Source: Dehalococcoidia bacterium
Lineage (GTDB): Bacteria > Chloroflexota > Dehalococcoidia > UBA2979
Length of the DNA: 64,000 nt
Reading direction: 5' to 3'
NCBI GenBank assembly: GCA_050248355.1
Contig: JBFWSN010000002.1
Coordinates: forward strand, 210,743-274,742
Shown here: piece after piece, positions 9,391-18,399 of the stretch
Layout of the letters: each line of letters begins with the position of its first letter
Position numbering within the stretch: the first letter of the stretch is position 1
Translations under genes and position numbers: made by a program
The notes under the pieces: model-generated
The model's input: only the letters and a program-made list of their open reading frames with translations
What the model was told of the DNA's origin: nothing
Databases searched by the model: none

Positions 9391-10661
9391 ATCACGCCCT
9401 CCGCCTGCAGCTGGTCGATCTCGGCGTCGCTCATGCCGAGGAGGCCACCGTAGACCTCGCGGTTATGCTCCCCGAGGCACGGCGCGGCGCGGTCGAGCGA
9501 CCAGTCTGTCTTCGAGAGGTGGGCGGCCATGCCCTCGACGCGGACCGGTCCCATCTCGGTGTGCGTCACCTCGGGCCAAAGGCGCCACGCCTCGGTGTTC
9601 GGGTCCTGGTCGATGCGCTGCTCCGGCCGCTGGACCGGGGCGGCCGGGACGCCCGCGGCCTGCAGGCGTTCGGCGACTTCGTCCTCGTCGAAGAGGCGCG
9701 TCCAGCGGGACAGGAGGTCGTCGAGTGCCGCCTGATTGGCGAGGCGCGCCTCGATCGTGGCGAAGCGGTCGTCGTGCACCCAGAGCTCGGCGATCTCATC
9801 GGCGATGGCCTGCCAGTCGGCATCGTCGCGACAGGCGATGGCGACCCAGTGGTCCTCGTCGCGTGCGGGGTAGATGCCGTGGGGAGCCATGGGCGGGGAG
9901 TCGCTGTGGTTTGCGTCTGGGTAGCCCTCGCGGCGAGCGGGGCGGCCGTTCACGGTCCAGTCGAGGATGGTGGTGCCGGTGAGGGTGGCCGCCGCCTCGG
10001 TCATCGAGAGGTCGATCCACTGGCCTTCGCCGGTGCGGTGACGATGGTGGAGCGCAGCCAGCATCGCGATGGCGCCGTAGTAAGCACCAGTGTGATCCAT
10101 GTAGGAGTAGCCCCAGCCCGCCGGCGGCTGACCGGGCAGACCGGAGAGGTGCGTCAGGCCGCTGACGGCCTGCACGATGGGGCCCCAGGTCTTGTAGCTG
10201 ACGTACGGGCCCGAGGCGCCGAACCCGCAGTTCGAGAGATAGATGATGTCCGGCTTGATCGCGCGGAGGCGTTCATAGCCGAAGCCGAGGCGTTCCATGA
10301 CACCGGCCGCGAAGTTCTCCGCGACCACGTCGGAGATCGCGACGAGGCGGGGCAGGAGCTCGCGCCCCTTCTCTGTCTGCAGGTTGAGCGTGATGCCGAG
10401 CTTGCCGGCGTTATGGTTGTTGAAGCCGCCGCCGAGGTTGTGCCCTCGGCGCTCGTCGATGTAGGGCGGGGAGCCGCGGACGACGTCCCATGCGCCGAGG
10501 TTGGAGGGGTTCTCGACGCGGATCACCTCGGCGCCGAACGCGGCGAGGATCTTGCTCGCTCCCGCGCCAGCGAGGACGCCGGAGAAGTCAGTGATGCGAA
10601 TGCGGTCGAGTGCTTTCACGGTTCCCTCCCCGTGCATCGATGTCGGCGGCAGCATACTCAA
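9387..10661 (-). CDS. CoA-transferase family III (CaiB/BaiF) protein. Start uncertain: track ATG 10661, an internal ATG at 10637, or the GTG at 10619 that follows a GGAGGG RBS.
   Basis: IRITDFSGVLAGAGASKILAAFGAEVIRVENP signature. It is paralogous to the downstream gene and translationally coupled to it. Confidence 0.75.
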   Translation of the reverse strand: MSMLPPTSMHGEGTVKALDRIRITDFSGVLAGAGASKILAAFGAEVIRVENPSNLGAWDVVRGSPPYIDERRGHNLGGGFNNHNAGKLGITLNLQTEKGRELLPRLVAISDVVAENFAAGVMERLGFGYERLRAIKPDIIYLSNCGFGASGPYVSYKTWGPIVQAVSGLTHLSGLPGQPPAGWGYSYMDHTGAYYGAIAMLAALHHRHRTGEGQWIDLSMTEAAATLTGTTILDWTVNGRPARREGYPDANHSDSPPMAPHGIYPARDEDHWVAIACRDDADWQAIADEIAELWVHDDRFATIEARLANQAALDDLLSRWTRLFDEDEVAERLQAAGVPAAPVQRPEQRIDQDPNTEAWRLWPEVTHTEMGPVRVEGMAAHLSKTDWSLDRAAPCLGEHNREVYGGLLGMSDAEIDQLQAEGVI

Positions 10662-10820
10662 CCGCGTGCGTTGGCCGCGACCGGCGCTCGAACGGCCTCG
10701 CTGGCCGGAGATGGCGGGCGCACGGGGACGGACCGCACGAAGCAGCCTTCGAGGAAGGGTGATGGCCCTCCCAGCACAGCGGGAGCGGGCCGCACGTGGC
10801 AGCGATCCGCTGCCAGGCGG

Positions 10821-11291
10821 TTAGGTGCTCGAGCCGCGCTCCGTCATGTCGCTGGCCTTCGTCCGGATTTCGGACCACATCGGCACGACCGCGCCCGCCG
10901 TGAGCAGGATGGCTCCGAGGATGGTGAGCCAGAGCCCCCAACCAATGCCAATGCCGTCCTCGCCCATGATGTCGAAGAAGTCAAGCAGGACGAGCAGGTC
11001 GATGACGACCGCGGCGGCGACGAGGCCCCACATGAGCATGCGTTCCTCGATGCGGACGTTCAGGAACGCATATGCGGCGATGGCGGCAGCGGATGCGAGG
11101 GCCAGGATGAAGATGAGGTCACCCTTGTGGTCCATGCCGTTGGTGGAGAGATCGAGGCCGAGGACGTTGGCGTCAATCGTCGCCCACGGTCCGAAGACGC
11201 CGATGATCAGGAGCAGGATCCCAGCAAGGGTTGCCCACTGGACGGGTTGACGTACATACCGGTCGCGCAAGCGGTCTGAATACTGCTGCAT
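10821..11291 (-). CDS. hypothetical small integral membrane protein (4 predicted TM segments)
   Basis: AAGGAGG RBS 5 nt upstream of the ATG. Hydrophobic segments with coding-like composition. Confidence 0.5.
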   Translation of the reverse strand: MQQYSDRLRDRYVRQPVQWATLAGILLLIIGVFGPWATIDANVLGLDLSTNGMDHKGDLIFILALASAAAIAAYAFLNVRIEERMLMWGLVAAAVVIDLLVLLDFFDIMGEDGIGIGWGLWLTILGAILLTAGAVVPMWSEIRTKASDMTERGSST

Positions 11292-11459
11292 CGAGGCCTC
11301 CTTAGATGGCGCTCTCCAGCGGTGGTTACGCGCGGGATTGTACAGACACGCCCGCCGCTTGTGGCGTTCGGACGCGGACGGATGACAGGCTGTGGAGCGG
11401 GCAGCTCCACGACGAGCGGTCCGCTCGATGAATCGGCTGCTGACGGCGAGCGTTCGAGA

Positions 11460-11795
11460 CTACTCGGACTCACCAACGGGCTCGAGTGATGTCGTGATGG
11501 AGGCCACCTGCCAGTTCGCTCCTACGTACCGGAGGTAGACGGGGCTCTCGTTGCGGAGCAGGTCAAGGACCTCGGAGAAGCTGTCCCACGGGTAATGGCA
11601 CCATATGTACCCGCCCGGCTTCTGCTCGTCCGTTGGGGGCAGGGTGGACGGGTCCCGGTGGAAGTACGCGGCCCCGATCAAAGACCCGTTGGCGCGGCGA
11701 AGCCCGATGGTGGCGCGGTATTCGTACCCGGTCGCGTTCGTTCCGCCTCCGTAGTAGGTGACGTCATAAGAAATGATTTCCTCGATCGAGGACAT
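11460..11795 (-). CDS. hypothetical protein (111 aa), no recognisable family
   Basis: GAAGGGAG RBS. Non-repetitive composition (YGGGTNATGYEY, CHYPWD). Sits between a membrane protein gene and a Tat-exported hydrolase gene. Confidence 0.45.
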   Translation of the reverse strand: MSSIEEIISYDVTYYGGGTNATGYEYRATIGLRRANGSLIGAAYFHRDPSTLPPTDEQKPGGYIWCHYPWDSFSEVLDLLRNESPVYLRYVGANWQVASITTSLEPVGESE

Positions 11796-11931
11796 CGCCG
11801 TTACTCCCTTCGCGGGCGGTGGTCGGTGGCCAATGCCGCGTGCTGACGCGTCGACGAATCGTATCCCGTCGCCGTTGGCTCTGGTGCGTCATGGTCTATC
11901 CTTGTAGGCGCGTTCCCGCCCGAAGGCTCCC

Positions 11932-13248
11932 TTGTCAAGAACAGCGAAAAACAGCGTGCCGTCATCTCACGATGCCGATGTCAGGAAGTTGTTGTACCGG
12001 CCCCTCTCGCGGCGCGGGTTCCTGGAGGGGGCGACCACGATCGCGATCGCGGCGCCTCTGCTCGCGCACCCGACCATCCCGGGAGTGCAGAACCTCGATC
12101 TGGACGGCGATCCGCGGCTGCGTCCGGAGGCGAAGCTCCCGCTTGATGGGTTCGTGGAGCGGTACGCCGACGTCATCCGCCGCCGCCGAATCCGGATCGG
12201 CTGCTCGTTTTCGGCGGAGTCGATCGGCGTCGACGGGCGGCGCGCCAGCGAACGCCGACATGCGCGCGCGATGCAGCTCTTATCGGCCGCCGTCGATGAG
12301 CTGGGGATGACCGACATCCGGCTCGGGCTGCGGTGGAGCAACCTCGCGCCGGACGGCGGATCCGAACTGACTCGCTTCTATGCGCCGTACCTCGACTACT
12401 GTTTCTCGCACCCACGCGTCCGGGAGGTCACGCTCGACTTCGGACCATTGAAGACATTCCGCTGGCCGGAGATCCACGTGCCGCAGCCCGTGCTCGACCG
12501 TCTGGACGCCGTGCCGAGCTACAAGGCAGAGATACGGCCGGACATGGAGGTCGCGCGGCTGGGGATCGAGCATCTCGGGCGGGCGGTCGAGCACGTGGGC
12601 CGGGAGTATGGGGGCGCGAAGCCGGTGACGGTCAGCCTCAACGAGCCGTTCCATGGCTTTGGCCGGTTCCGTTGGACGATGAGCGAGGCGTATCTCCTCG
12701 AGGTGGTGGACACCGTGATCGGCTCACGGTATTTCGCGGACGCTGGCGTGCTGGTGAACTCGGCGCAGGGCCTCGATCTCCGGCGGATCGCCGAATTCTT
12801 CCGAATGCTGAACCGGGAGCGTCCCGTCCTGCGAGGGCGGCTGACGAGCGGCTTCGACATCTACCCGTTCCTGCCGCCGATGTCGGACTTCCCCGTGCTG
12901 CGGCAGCTCCTGGGGAACATCCGGGCGCGCAAGCGCGGCTGGGAGCATCAGGTAGGCCCGAACCTCGAGCTGGCGCGAAATCCGGAGTACGCCTATCGCG
13001 TCGAGGTGACCGAGGCGCAGGCGGAGCCTTTCGGGACGCACCCGAGCGTCGGCAACTCGCTGCCGCACTTCCAGCATGTGCTTGCGGAGTGTTTCGAGCG
13101 GATCCTCGATCCCGAGCAGGATGAGTCCGTGGTCCGGCTCTTCGGGATCGAGTACCAGTTGCGGCTCCAGCAGTCCGGCCGGGCAGCCCCGGACAACCTC
13201 GCGATCCTCGAGTTGACGCGACGGATCAATGAGATGGGCGGGGCGTAG
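11932..13248 (+). CDS. Tat-exported glycoside-hydrolase-like (clan GH-A, TIM-barrel) protein
   Basis: Twin-arginine signal (SRRGFLEGATTIAIAAPLLA). VTVSLNEPF resembles the catalytic NEP acid/base motif of GH-A families. The assignment is tentative. Confidence 0.45.
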   Translation: MSRTAKNSVPSSHDADVRKLLYRPLSRRGFLEGATTIAIAAPLLAHPTIPGVQNLDLDGDPRLRPEAKLPLDGFVERYADVIRRRRIRIGCSFSAESIGVDGRRASERRHARAMQLLSAAVDELGMTDIRLGLRWSNLAPDGGSELTRFYAPYLDYCFSHPRVREVTLDFGPLKTFRWPEIHVPQPVLDRLDAVPSYKAEIRPDMEVARLGIEHLGRAVEHVGREYGGAKPVTVSLNEPFHGFGRFRWTMSEAYLLEVVDTVIGSRYFADAGVLVNSAQGLDLRRIAEFFRMLNRERPVLRGRLTSGFDIYPFLPPMSDFPVLRQLLGNIRARKRGWEHQVGPNLELARNPEYAYRVEVTEAQAEPFGTHPSVGNSLPHFQHVLAECFERILDPEQDESVVRLFGIEYQLRLQQSGRAAPDNLAILELTRRINEMGGA

Positions 13249-13873
13249 GCTCAGTCTCACGAGGCCCGGCGTCTCGTCCTCGTACGTGGTTAGCCATGCG
13301 ATTATCGAGCGCCAGATGTGCGGTCTCCTCGACGCGTCGCGCTCGGGTCGCCGCGGTACCCGCGCTCTTGATCCACCACAGGATGTTCTTCTTCGAGGAG
13401 TCGGGGAAACGTGTGAAGTAGTGCGCGGCCAGCGGCGCACGCGCCAGCGCGGCGGAGAGGTCGTCGGGGATGAGGAGGTCTTCGATCTCGTCGTAAACGG
13501 TCCAGGCGCCGTTGCGCCTCGCGGCTTCGATGACCTCGATGCCGGCCGGCCTCATCAGCCCGCCTGCGAGCAGCCGTTCGACCTTCGACTTGTTGATACG
13601 CGACCAGGGACTCTTCGGATTGCGCGGGGTGAAGAGGCGCATCGCGCGTTCGGCATCGACCGCATTCGGTCGGCTATCGATCCATCCAAAGCAGAGGGCC
13701 TCCTCGACCGTCTCCGGATAGGGAACGAACGGCCTGCCCGTCTGCCGCTTGTAGGACACCAGCCAGACCCCGCTCGCCGCCCGGTGATTTGCATCGAGCC
13801 AGCCACGCCACTCTTCGCGCGTTTCGGCGAGGAACAGAGGGCGGCCGTCCCGGTGCGTAGAGGGGACTCCCAT
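13226..13873 (-). CDS. YdeI/OmpD-associated family protein
   Basis: Conserved WLDxxH...VWLVxYKR...EALCFGWIDS pattern of the YdeI/OmpD-associated (PF13376-like) family. Its 3' end overlaps the convergent gene by about 20 nt. Confidence 0.55.
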   Translation of the reverse strand: MGVPSTHRDGRPLFLAETREEWRGWLDANHRAASGVWLVSYKRQTGRPFVPYPETVEEALCFGWIDSRPNAVDAERAMRLFTPRNPKSPWSRINKSKVERLLAGGLMRPAGIEVIEAARRNGAWTVYDEIEDLLIPDDLSAALARAPLAAHYFTRFPDSSKKNILWWIKSAGTAATRARRVEETAHLALDNRMANHVRGRDAGPRETEPTPRPSH

Positions 13874-13894
13874 CGCGTTTGAGTATAGCGGGGG

Positions 13895-14083
13895 TCAGTT
13901 GTCCGCGGCTCCGCCCTCGTGGCGGTCACGAGCACCCTGCCGGCGGCCGGAGTGCCTCAACGCCTCGTTGAGGAGGTGCTCGATCTGTGCGTTGACACTG
14001 CGGAAGTCGTCGCCGGCCCATCGCTCGATGGCGTCGTAGGTCGCCGGGTCCAGGCGCAACAGGAAGCGCTTGCGCTCAGCCAT
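13895..14083 (-). CDS. Arc-type ribbon-helix-helix DNA-binding protein
   Basis: KRFLLRLDPATYDAIERWAGDDFRSVNAQIEHLL matches the Arc/MetJ RHH pattern. GAGGG RBS. Confidence 0.55.
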   Translation of the reverse strand: MAERKRFLLRLDPATYDAIERWAGDDFRSVNAQIEHLLNEALRHSGRRQGARDRHEGGAADN

Positions 14084-14098
14084 GTCCCGCCCTCGGTG

Positions 14099-15007
14099 TT
14101 AACGGGATAGCGTGCCCACGTTCACCACGGGGCTGGTCGGCTGGTCGCTCGTCAGGACCGTCAGGAGGTTCGTGACCATCGTGGCCTTGCGCTCGTCGTC
14201 GAGGTCGACGATGCCTCCCGACTCGATCTGCTCGAGGGCGAGGCGGACCATGCCGACGGCGCCGTCCACGATGCGGGCACGGGCGGCGACGATGGCGCTT
14301 GCCTGCTGGCGGCGCAACATCGCCTCGGCGATCTCGGGGGCGTACGCGAGGTCGGTGAGCCGCGCCTCGATGACGTGGACGCCGGCGACGTCGAGGCGGG
14401 CCTGCAGTTCCCGGGTCAGGGTGACGGCGACTTCTTCGGCGTCACCGGTGAGGGTCAGGGCGGACTGGTCCTCACCGTAGTCGTCGTACGGGTACGAACG
14501 GGCGAGGTGGCGGACGGCGGTCTCGCTCTGGACCACGACGAAGTCCTGGTAGTCGTCGACGTCGAAGATGGCGCGGGCCGTGTCGACCACCTGCCAGACG
14601 ACGACGGCAGCGATGTTGATGGGGTTGCCGTTGGCGTCGTTGACCTTCGAGGTGTGGCTGTTGAAGTTGCGCGCGCGCAGGGAGAGCTTGCGCCGCTCGG
14701 CGACCGTGAGCGGGTTGACCCACCACCAGCCGGACTGTTTCAGCGTCCCCTGGTATGAGCCGAGGAGGACCAGGACGCTCGCCTGATTGGGTTCGAGGAT
14801 GAGGAAGCCCGCCGGCGCGACCGATGCCAGCACGAGCACGACGACGCCCGCGATCCAGAGCGCCGGCAGTTCCTCGAGGACGCCGAACACGACCGCGGCG
14901 GCGCCGGCCGTGCCGAGCGCGAGCACCAGCACGAGCCCGGCGACTCCGGGCAGGGCGCCTGCGGGACGCTCATTCGCAACCCCTCGGACGTCGATGCGAG
15001 CAGTCAT
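14099..15007 (-). CDS. SPFH/band-7 (stomatin/prohibitin-like) membrane protein
   Basis: N-terminal TM segments followed by an SPFH domain. GGGAGGAA RBS. Confidence 0.7.
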   Translation of the reverse strand: MTARIDVRGVANERPAGALPGVAGLVLVLALGTAGAAAVVFGVLEELPALWIAGVVVLVLASVAPAGFLILEPNQASVLVLLGSYQGTLKQSGWWWVNPLTVAERRKLSLRARNFNSHTSKVNDANGNPINIAAVVVWQVVDTARAIFDVDDYQDFVVVQSETAVRHLARSYPYDDYGEDQSALTLTGDAEEVAVTLTRELQARLDVAGVHVIEARLTDLAYAPEIAEAMLRRQQASAIVAARARIVDGAVGMVRLALEQIESGGIVDLDDERKATMVTNLLTVLTSDQPTSPVVNVGTLSR

Positions 15008-15061
15008 AGCGTTCCTCCCATGCGATATCGCGATGATATCACATCGGAGGGACAGTCCAGC

Positions 15062-15970
15062 TTAACGGGTCTCGCGGACGATCTGGATGAGGACGCCGCC
15101 GGCTTTCTCCGGGTGAATCCAGGCGAAGTCCTCATCGACGTCGCCCACCGTCTCGAGGCCGCGGTCGCGGACGAAGTCCGCGGCGGCGCGCACATCGCGC
15201 GTGGCGAGGGCGATGTGATGCATCGTCCCATTGCTGCGGCCCCCATAGCGCTCGAGGAAGCGGGCGGTACCGCTGCCTTCGCGCTGCGGGAGGACGGCGA
15301 CGATTTCGCCGCCGTCACGACCGATGGGGATGTTGAGGACCCGCACGCCGTCGGACTCAACGAAGCGGCCGCCCTGGTTGACGGGTGAGCGGAAGGGATC
15401 GACGCGGAAGCCCATCACGTTGCACCAGACGTGGCGGGCGGCTTCGAGGTCATTCGTGACGACCCCGATGTGGTGGAGGCGCGTGAAGACGCCGGCGCCC
15501 TGGTAGCGGTCGCCGACGCGATGGTTGTCGGGTGTCCAGATCTCAAGGAGCACGCCGAGGCAGTCGCGGGGGTGGAAGAAGGCGACCTGCGTCCACGGCT
15601 CCTCGGAGGCCAGCTGCTCGGGGGAGGCGGCGATCTGGGTCAGGCCGGAGGCACGGAGATGTGCCACATCTTCGGCGACGTTGTCCGAGTGCAGGCAGAT
15701 GTGGTGGAGCGCGCCAACACCACCACGCGTCTCCACGAAGCGGTGCGTGCCGCCGGCGGGGGTCCCGTCGCTGGGGGCCGCATTCAGCTCGAGTTCCGCG
15801 TTGCCGATGGGGATGTCGAGGATGTCCGTCGGGTCGGCGCCTCGCTGCTTGTTGCCCTCGGGGTATGGCGAGCGGGTGGTGTCGACGCGGAGGCCGAGCG
15901 CGTCGGCGAAGACGGACTTTGCGGCGACCAGGTCGGCGACGGCGATCCCGGCGTGGTGAATCCGGTCGAA
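15062..15970 (-). CDS. tandem-VOC (glyoxalase/bleomycin-resistance/dioxygenase fold) protein
   Basis: Two VOC repeats (MFDRIHHAGIAV... and FTRLHHIGVVTND...). Start set at MFDRIHHAG, after a G-rich RBS. Confidence 0.6.
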   Translation of the reverse strand, partial: FDRIHHAGIAVADLVAAKSVFADALGLRVDTTRSPYPEGNKQRGADPTDILDIPIGNAELELNAAPSDGTPAGGTHRFVETRGGVGALHHICLHSDNVAEDVAHLRASGLTQIAASPEQLASEEPWTQVAFFHPRDCLGVLLEIWTPDNHRVGDRYQGAGVFTRLHHIGVVTNDLEAARHVWCNVMGFRVDPFRSPVNQGGRFVESDGVRVLNIPIGRDGGEIVAVLPQREGSGTARFLERYGGRSNGTMHHIALATRDVRAAADFVRDRGLETVGDVDEDFAWIHPEKAGGVLIQIVRETR

Positions 15971-16096
15971 CATGTGGCCCCCTGCCTCGGTGGTGTGCGA
16001 ACGCGAGCGTGATGGCTGAGATGTACAGCGGCGATCGGACGCTGTCGAGTAGGTGCGCCGCGGACGTGACAAGAACAAGTGTGCGATCTATAGTCC

Positions 16097-18397
16097 ATGC
16101 GTTCTGATGAATGTGAGGAGCGCATGACCGTACAGACGGCGATCGAGCGATTGCAGCACGGGGGGCCGCTCGCGAGCTCGTTCGTGGAGTGGCGCGAGAT
16201 CCCGGCGGAGGCTGCACGCTTCGATGCGTGGCGAGGCGTGGACGAGCGGATTGTGGAGGCACTCGCGCGGCGCGGCGTCGGAGCGCCGTATGTTCACCAG
16301 GCCGCGGCCATCGAGGGGGCGCTGGCGGGCGAGGATGTCGTAGTCGTCACGCCGCCGGCCTCGGGCAAGACGCTGTGCTACACGGTGCCCGTGCTGCAGG
16401 CGATCCTCGACGAGCCTCGGTCGCGAGCGCTGTACCTCTTTCCGACAAAGGCGCTGGCGCAGGATCAGTTGCACGAACTGCACGGCCTGGTGACCGAGGC
16501 CGGGGTGGACGTCAAGACGTTCACGTACGACGGCGACACGAACCCGACAGCTCGACGTCAGGTACGCACGGCGGGGCACGTGGTGATTACCAACCCCGAC
16601 ATGCTCCACACGGGGATCCTGCCGCACCACACGAAGTGGACGCGACTGTTCGAGCACTTGCGGTACGTGGTGGTGGATGAGCTGCACACGTACCGCGGCG
16701 TGTTCGGCTCGAACGTTGCGAATGTCATCCGGCGGCTGCGTCGGATCTGCGCGTTCTATGGATCGAACCCGACGTTCATCTGTTGTTCGGCGACGATCGC
16801 GAACCCGGGCGAACTCGCGGAGGCACTTCTCGGCAGGGCCGTACGCGCGATCGACGACAGCGGCGCGCCTCGGGGGCGGCGAGTGGTCGGGCTCTTCAAC
16901 CCGCCGGTCGTGAACCGCGAACTGGGAATCCGCCAGGGCGTTATCAACGCGGCGACGAACATCGCGAGCGAGCTGCAGGACGCGGGAGTGCAGACGCTGG
17001 TGTTTGCGGGGAGCCGGACGCGGGTCGAGTTGCTGACGCAATACCTCCGGGAGGCGCCGGGCGGCCTCGGAAGGCCGGGAGAGCCGGAGCGGGTCCGGGG
17101 GTACCGGTCCGGGTACCTGCCAAAGGAGCGGCGGGAGATCGAGGCGGCGATGCGAGAGGGCCGGGTGCGGTCGGTAGTGGCGACGAACGCACTCGAGCTC
17201 GGGATCGACGTGGGCGGGCTCGATGCGGTGGTCGTGGCGGGCTACCCGGGGACCGTCGCCAGCCTGCGGCAGCAAATGGGGCGCGCCGGGCGGCGGCAGG
17301 CGGAGTCGCTGGCGGTGCTGGTGGCCTCATCGTCGCCGCTCGACCAGTACGTGGTCGCGCACCCGGAGTATCTGTTCGGCGGCGCGGTCGAGGCAGGGCG
17401 CATCGACGCGGACAACCCGATGATCGCAGCCGAGCACCTGAAATGCGCGGTGTTCGAGCTGCCGGTGGAGGCGACGGAGTACGGGCTCCTCGGGCGCCGT
17501 TCCGAGGAACTGGCGCACGCGCTCGTCGAGACGGGGATGGTGCATCGGTCGGCGGAAGGGCGGCTGTACTGGTCAGACGAGGCATTCCCGGCGCACGAGG
17601 TGTCATTGCGGACGGGCGCCGACGCGAACGTCGTGATCATCGAGCAGGGGGTGACGCCTCGGGTGATCGGGGAAGTGGACCGTCCGAGCGCGATGACGCT
17701 GGTGCATGACGAGGCGATCTACGTCCACGACGGGCGTCAGTATCACGTCGACCTCCTCGACTGGGAGGAGCTGAAAGCGTACGTGCGCCCGGTGGACGTG
17801 GACTACTACACGGACGCGCACCTCGCGGTGGACCTCAAGGTGATCGAGGAGTGGGAAGCGGAGAACGCCGGTCCGGCGACCGCCTGGGGCGAGGTGTCGA
17901 TCACATACCTCGCGACGCTGTTCAAGAAGATCCGGCTGCACACGCACGAGAACATCGGATGGGGGCGGATCAAGCTCCCGCAGGACGACATGCACACGGC
18001 TTCCTTCTGGCTGACCCTCGAACCGTCCGTCACGCGGGGCGTGCGCGACATCGAGGGGGCATTGCTGGGACTCGGACAGCTCCTCGCACAGGTGGCGCCG
18101 CTGCTGCTGATGTGCGACGCGCACGACCTGCAACTGGCGACGCAGGTGAAGTCGCCGCACACGGGGCTACCCACGGTGTTCCTGTGGGAAACCGTGCCGG
18201 GCGGCATTGGGTTCAGCGAGCATCTCTTTCGGGAGGCCGAGCGCCTCGTGGCGTTCGCGCGTGAGGTGGTCGAGGAGTGCGGCTGCTACGAGGGGTGTCC
18301 GGGCTGCGTCGGGCCGCCGGGAGCGCCGGGGCTCGGTGTGCGCGCGGACGTGCTCGCGCTGGTGCGAGCGCTCTCGGCCGTCGAGGCCGTGGCGTAA
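16097..18397 (+). CDS. mrfA: DEAD/DEAH-box helicase with C-terminal DUF1998 zinc-binding domain (MrfA/YprA-like). An alternative start is at 16124.
   Basis: Walker A (PPASGKT), DELH box and helicase C domain are present. The C-terminal Cys cluster (ECGCYEGCPGCVG) is typical of DUF1998. A YprB-like exonuclease gene lies immediately downstream. Confidence 0.7.
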   Translation: MRSDECEERMTVQTAIERLQHGGPLASSFVEWREIPAEAARFDAWRGVDERIVEALARRGVGAPYVHQAAAIEGALAGEDVVVVTPPASGKTLCYTVPVLQAILDEPRSRALYLFPTKALAQDQLHELHGLVTEAGVDVKTFTYDGDTNPTARRQVRTAGHVVITNPDMLHTGILPHHTKWTRLFEHLRYVVVDELHTYRGVFGSNVANVIRRLRRICAFYGSNPTFICCSATIANPGELAEALLGRAVRAIDDSGAPRGRRVVGLFNPPVVNRELGIRQGVINAATNIASELQDAGVQTLVFAGSRTRVELLTQYLREAPGGLGRPGEPERVRGYRSGYLPKERREIEAAMREGRVRSVVATNALELGIDVGGLDAVVVAGYPGTVASLRQQMGRAGRRQAESLAVLVASSSPLDQYVVAHPEYLFGGAVEAGRIDADNPMIAAEHLKCAVFELPVEATEYGLLGRRSEELAHALVETGMVHRSAEGRLYWSDEAFPAHEVSLRTGADANVVIIEQGVTPRVIGEVDRPSAMTLVHDEAIYVHDGRQYHVDLLDWEELKAYVRPVDVDYYTDAHLAVDLKVIEEWEAENAGPATAWGEVSITYLATLFKKIRLHTHENIGWGRIKLPQDDMHTASFWLTLEPSVTRGVRDIEGALLGLGQLLAQVAPLLLMCDAHDLQLATQVKSPHTGLPTVFLWETVPGGIGFSEHLFREAERLVAFAREVVEECGCYEGCPGCVGPPGAPGLGVRADVLALVRALSAVEAVA

Positions 18398-18399
18398 CC

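Noticed and set aside
9465-11279. 604-aa plus-strand ORF
   Set aside because: Entirely antisense to the CoA-transferase and membrane-protein genes. Product is Asp/Gly/Arg-rich with no domain pattern.
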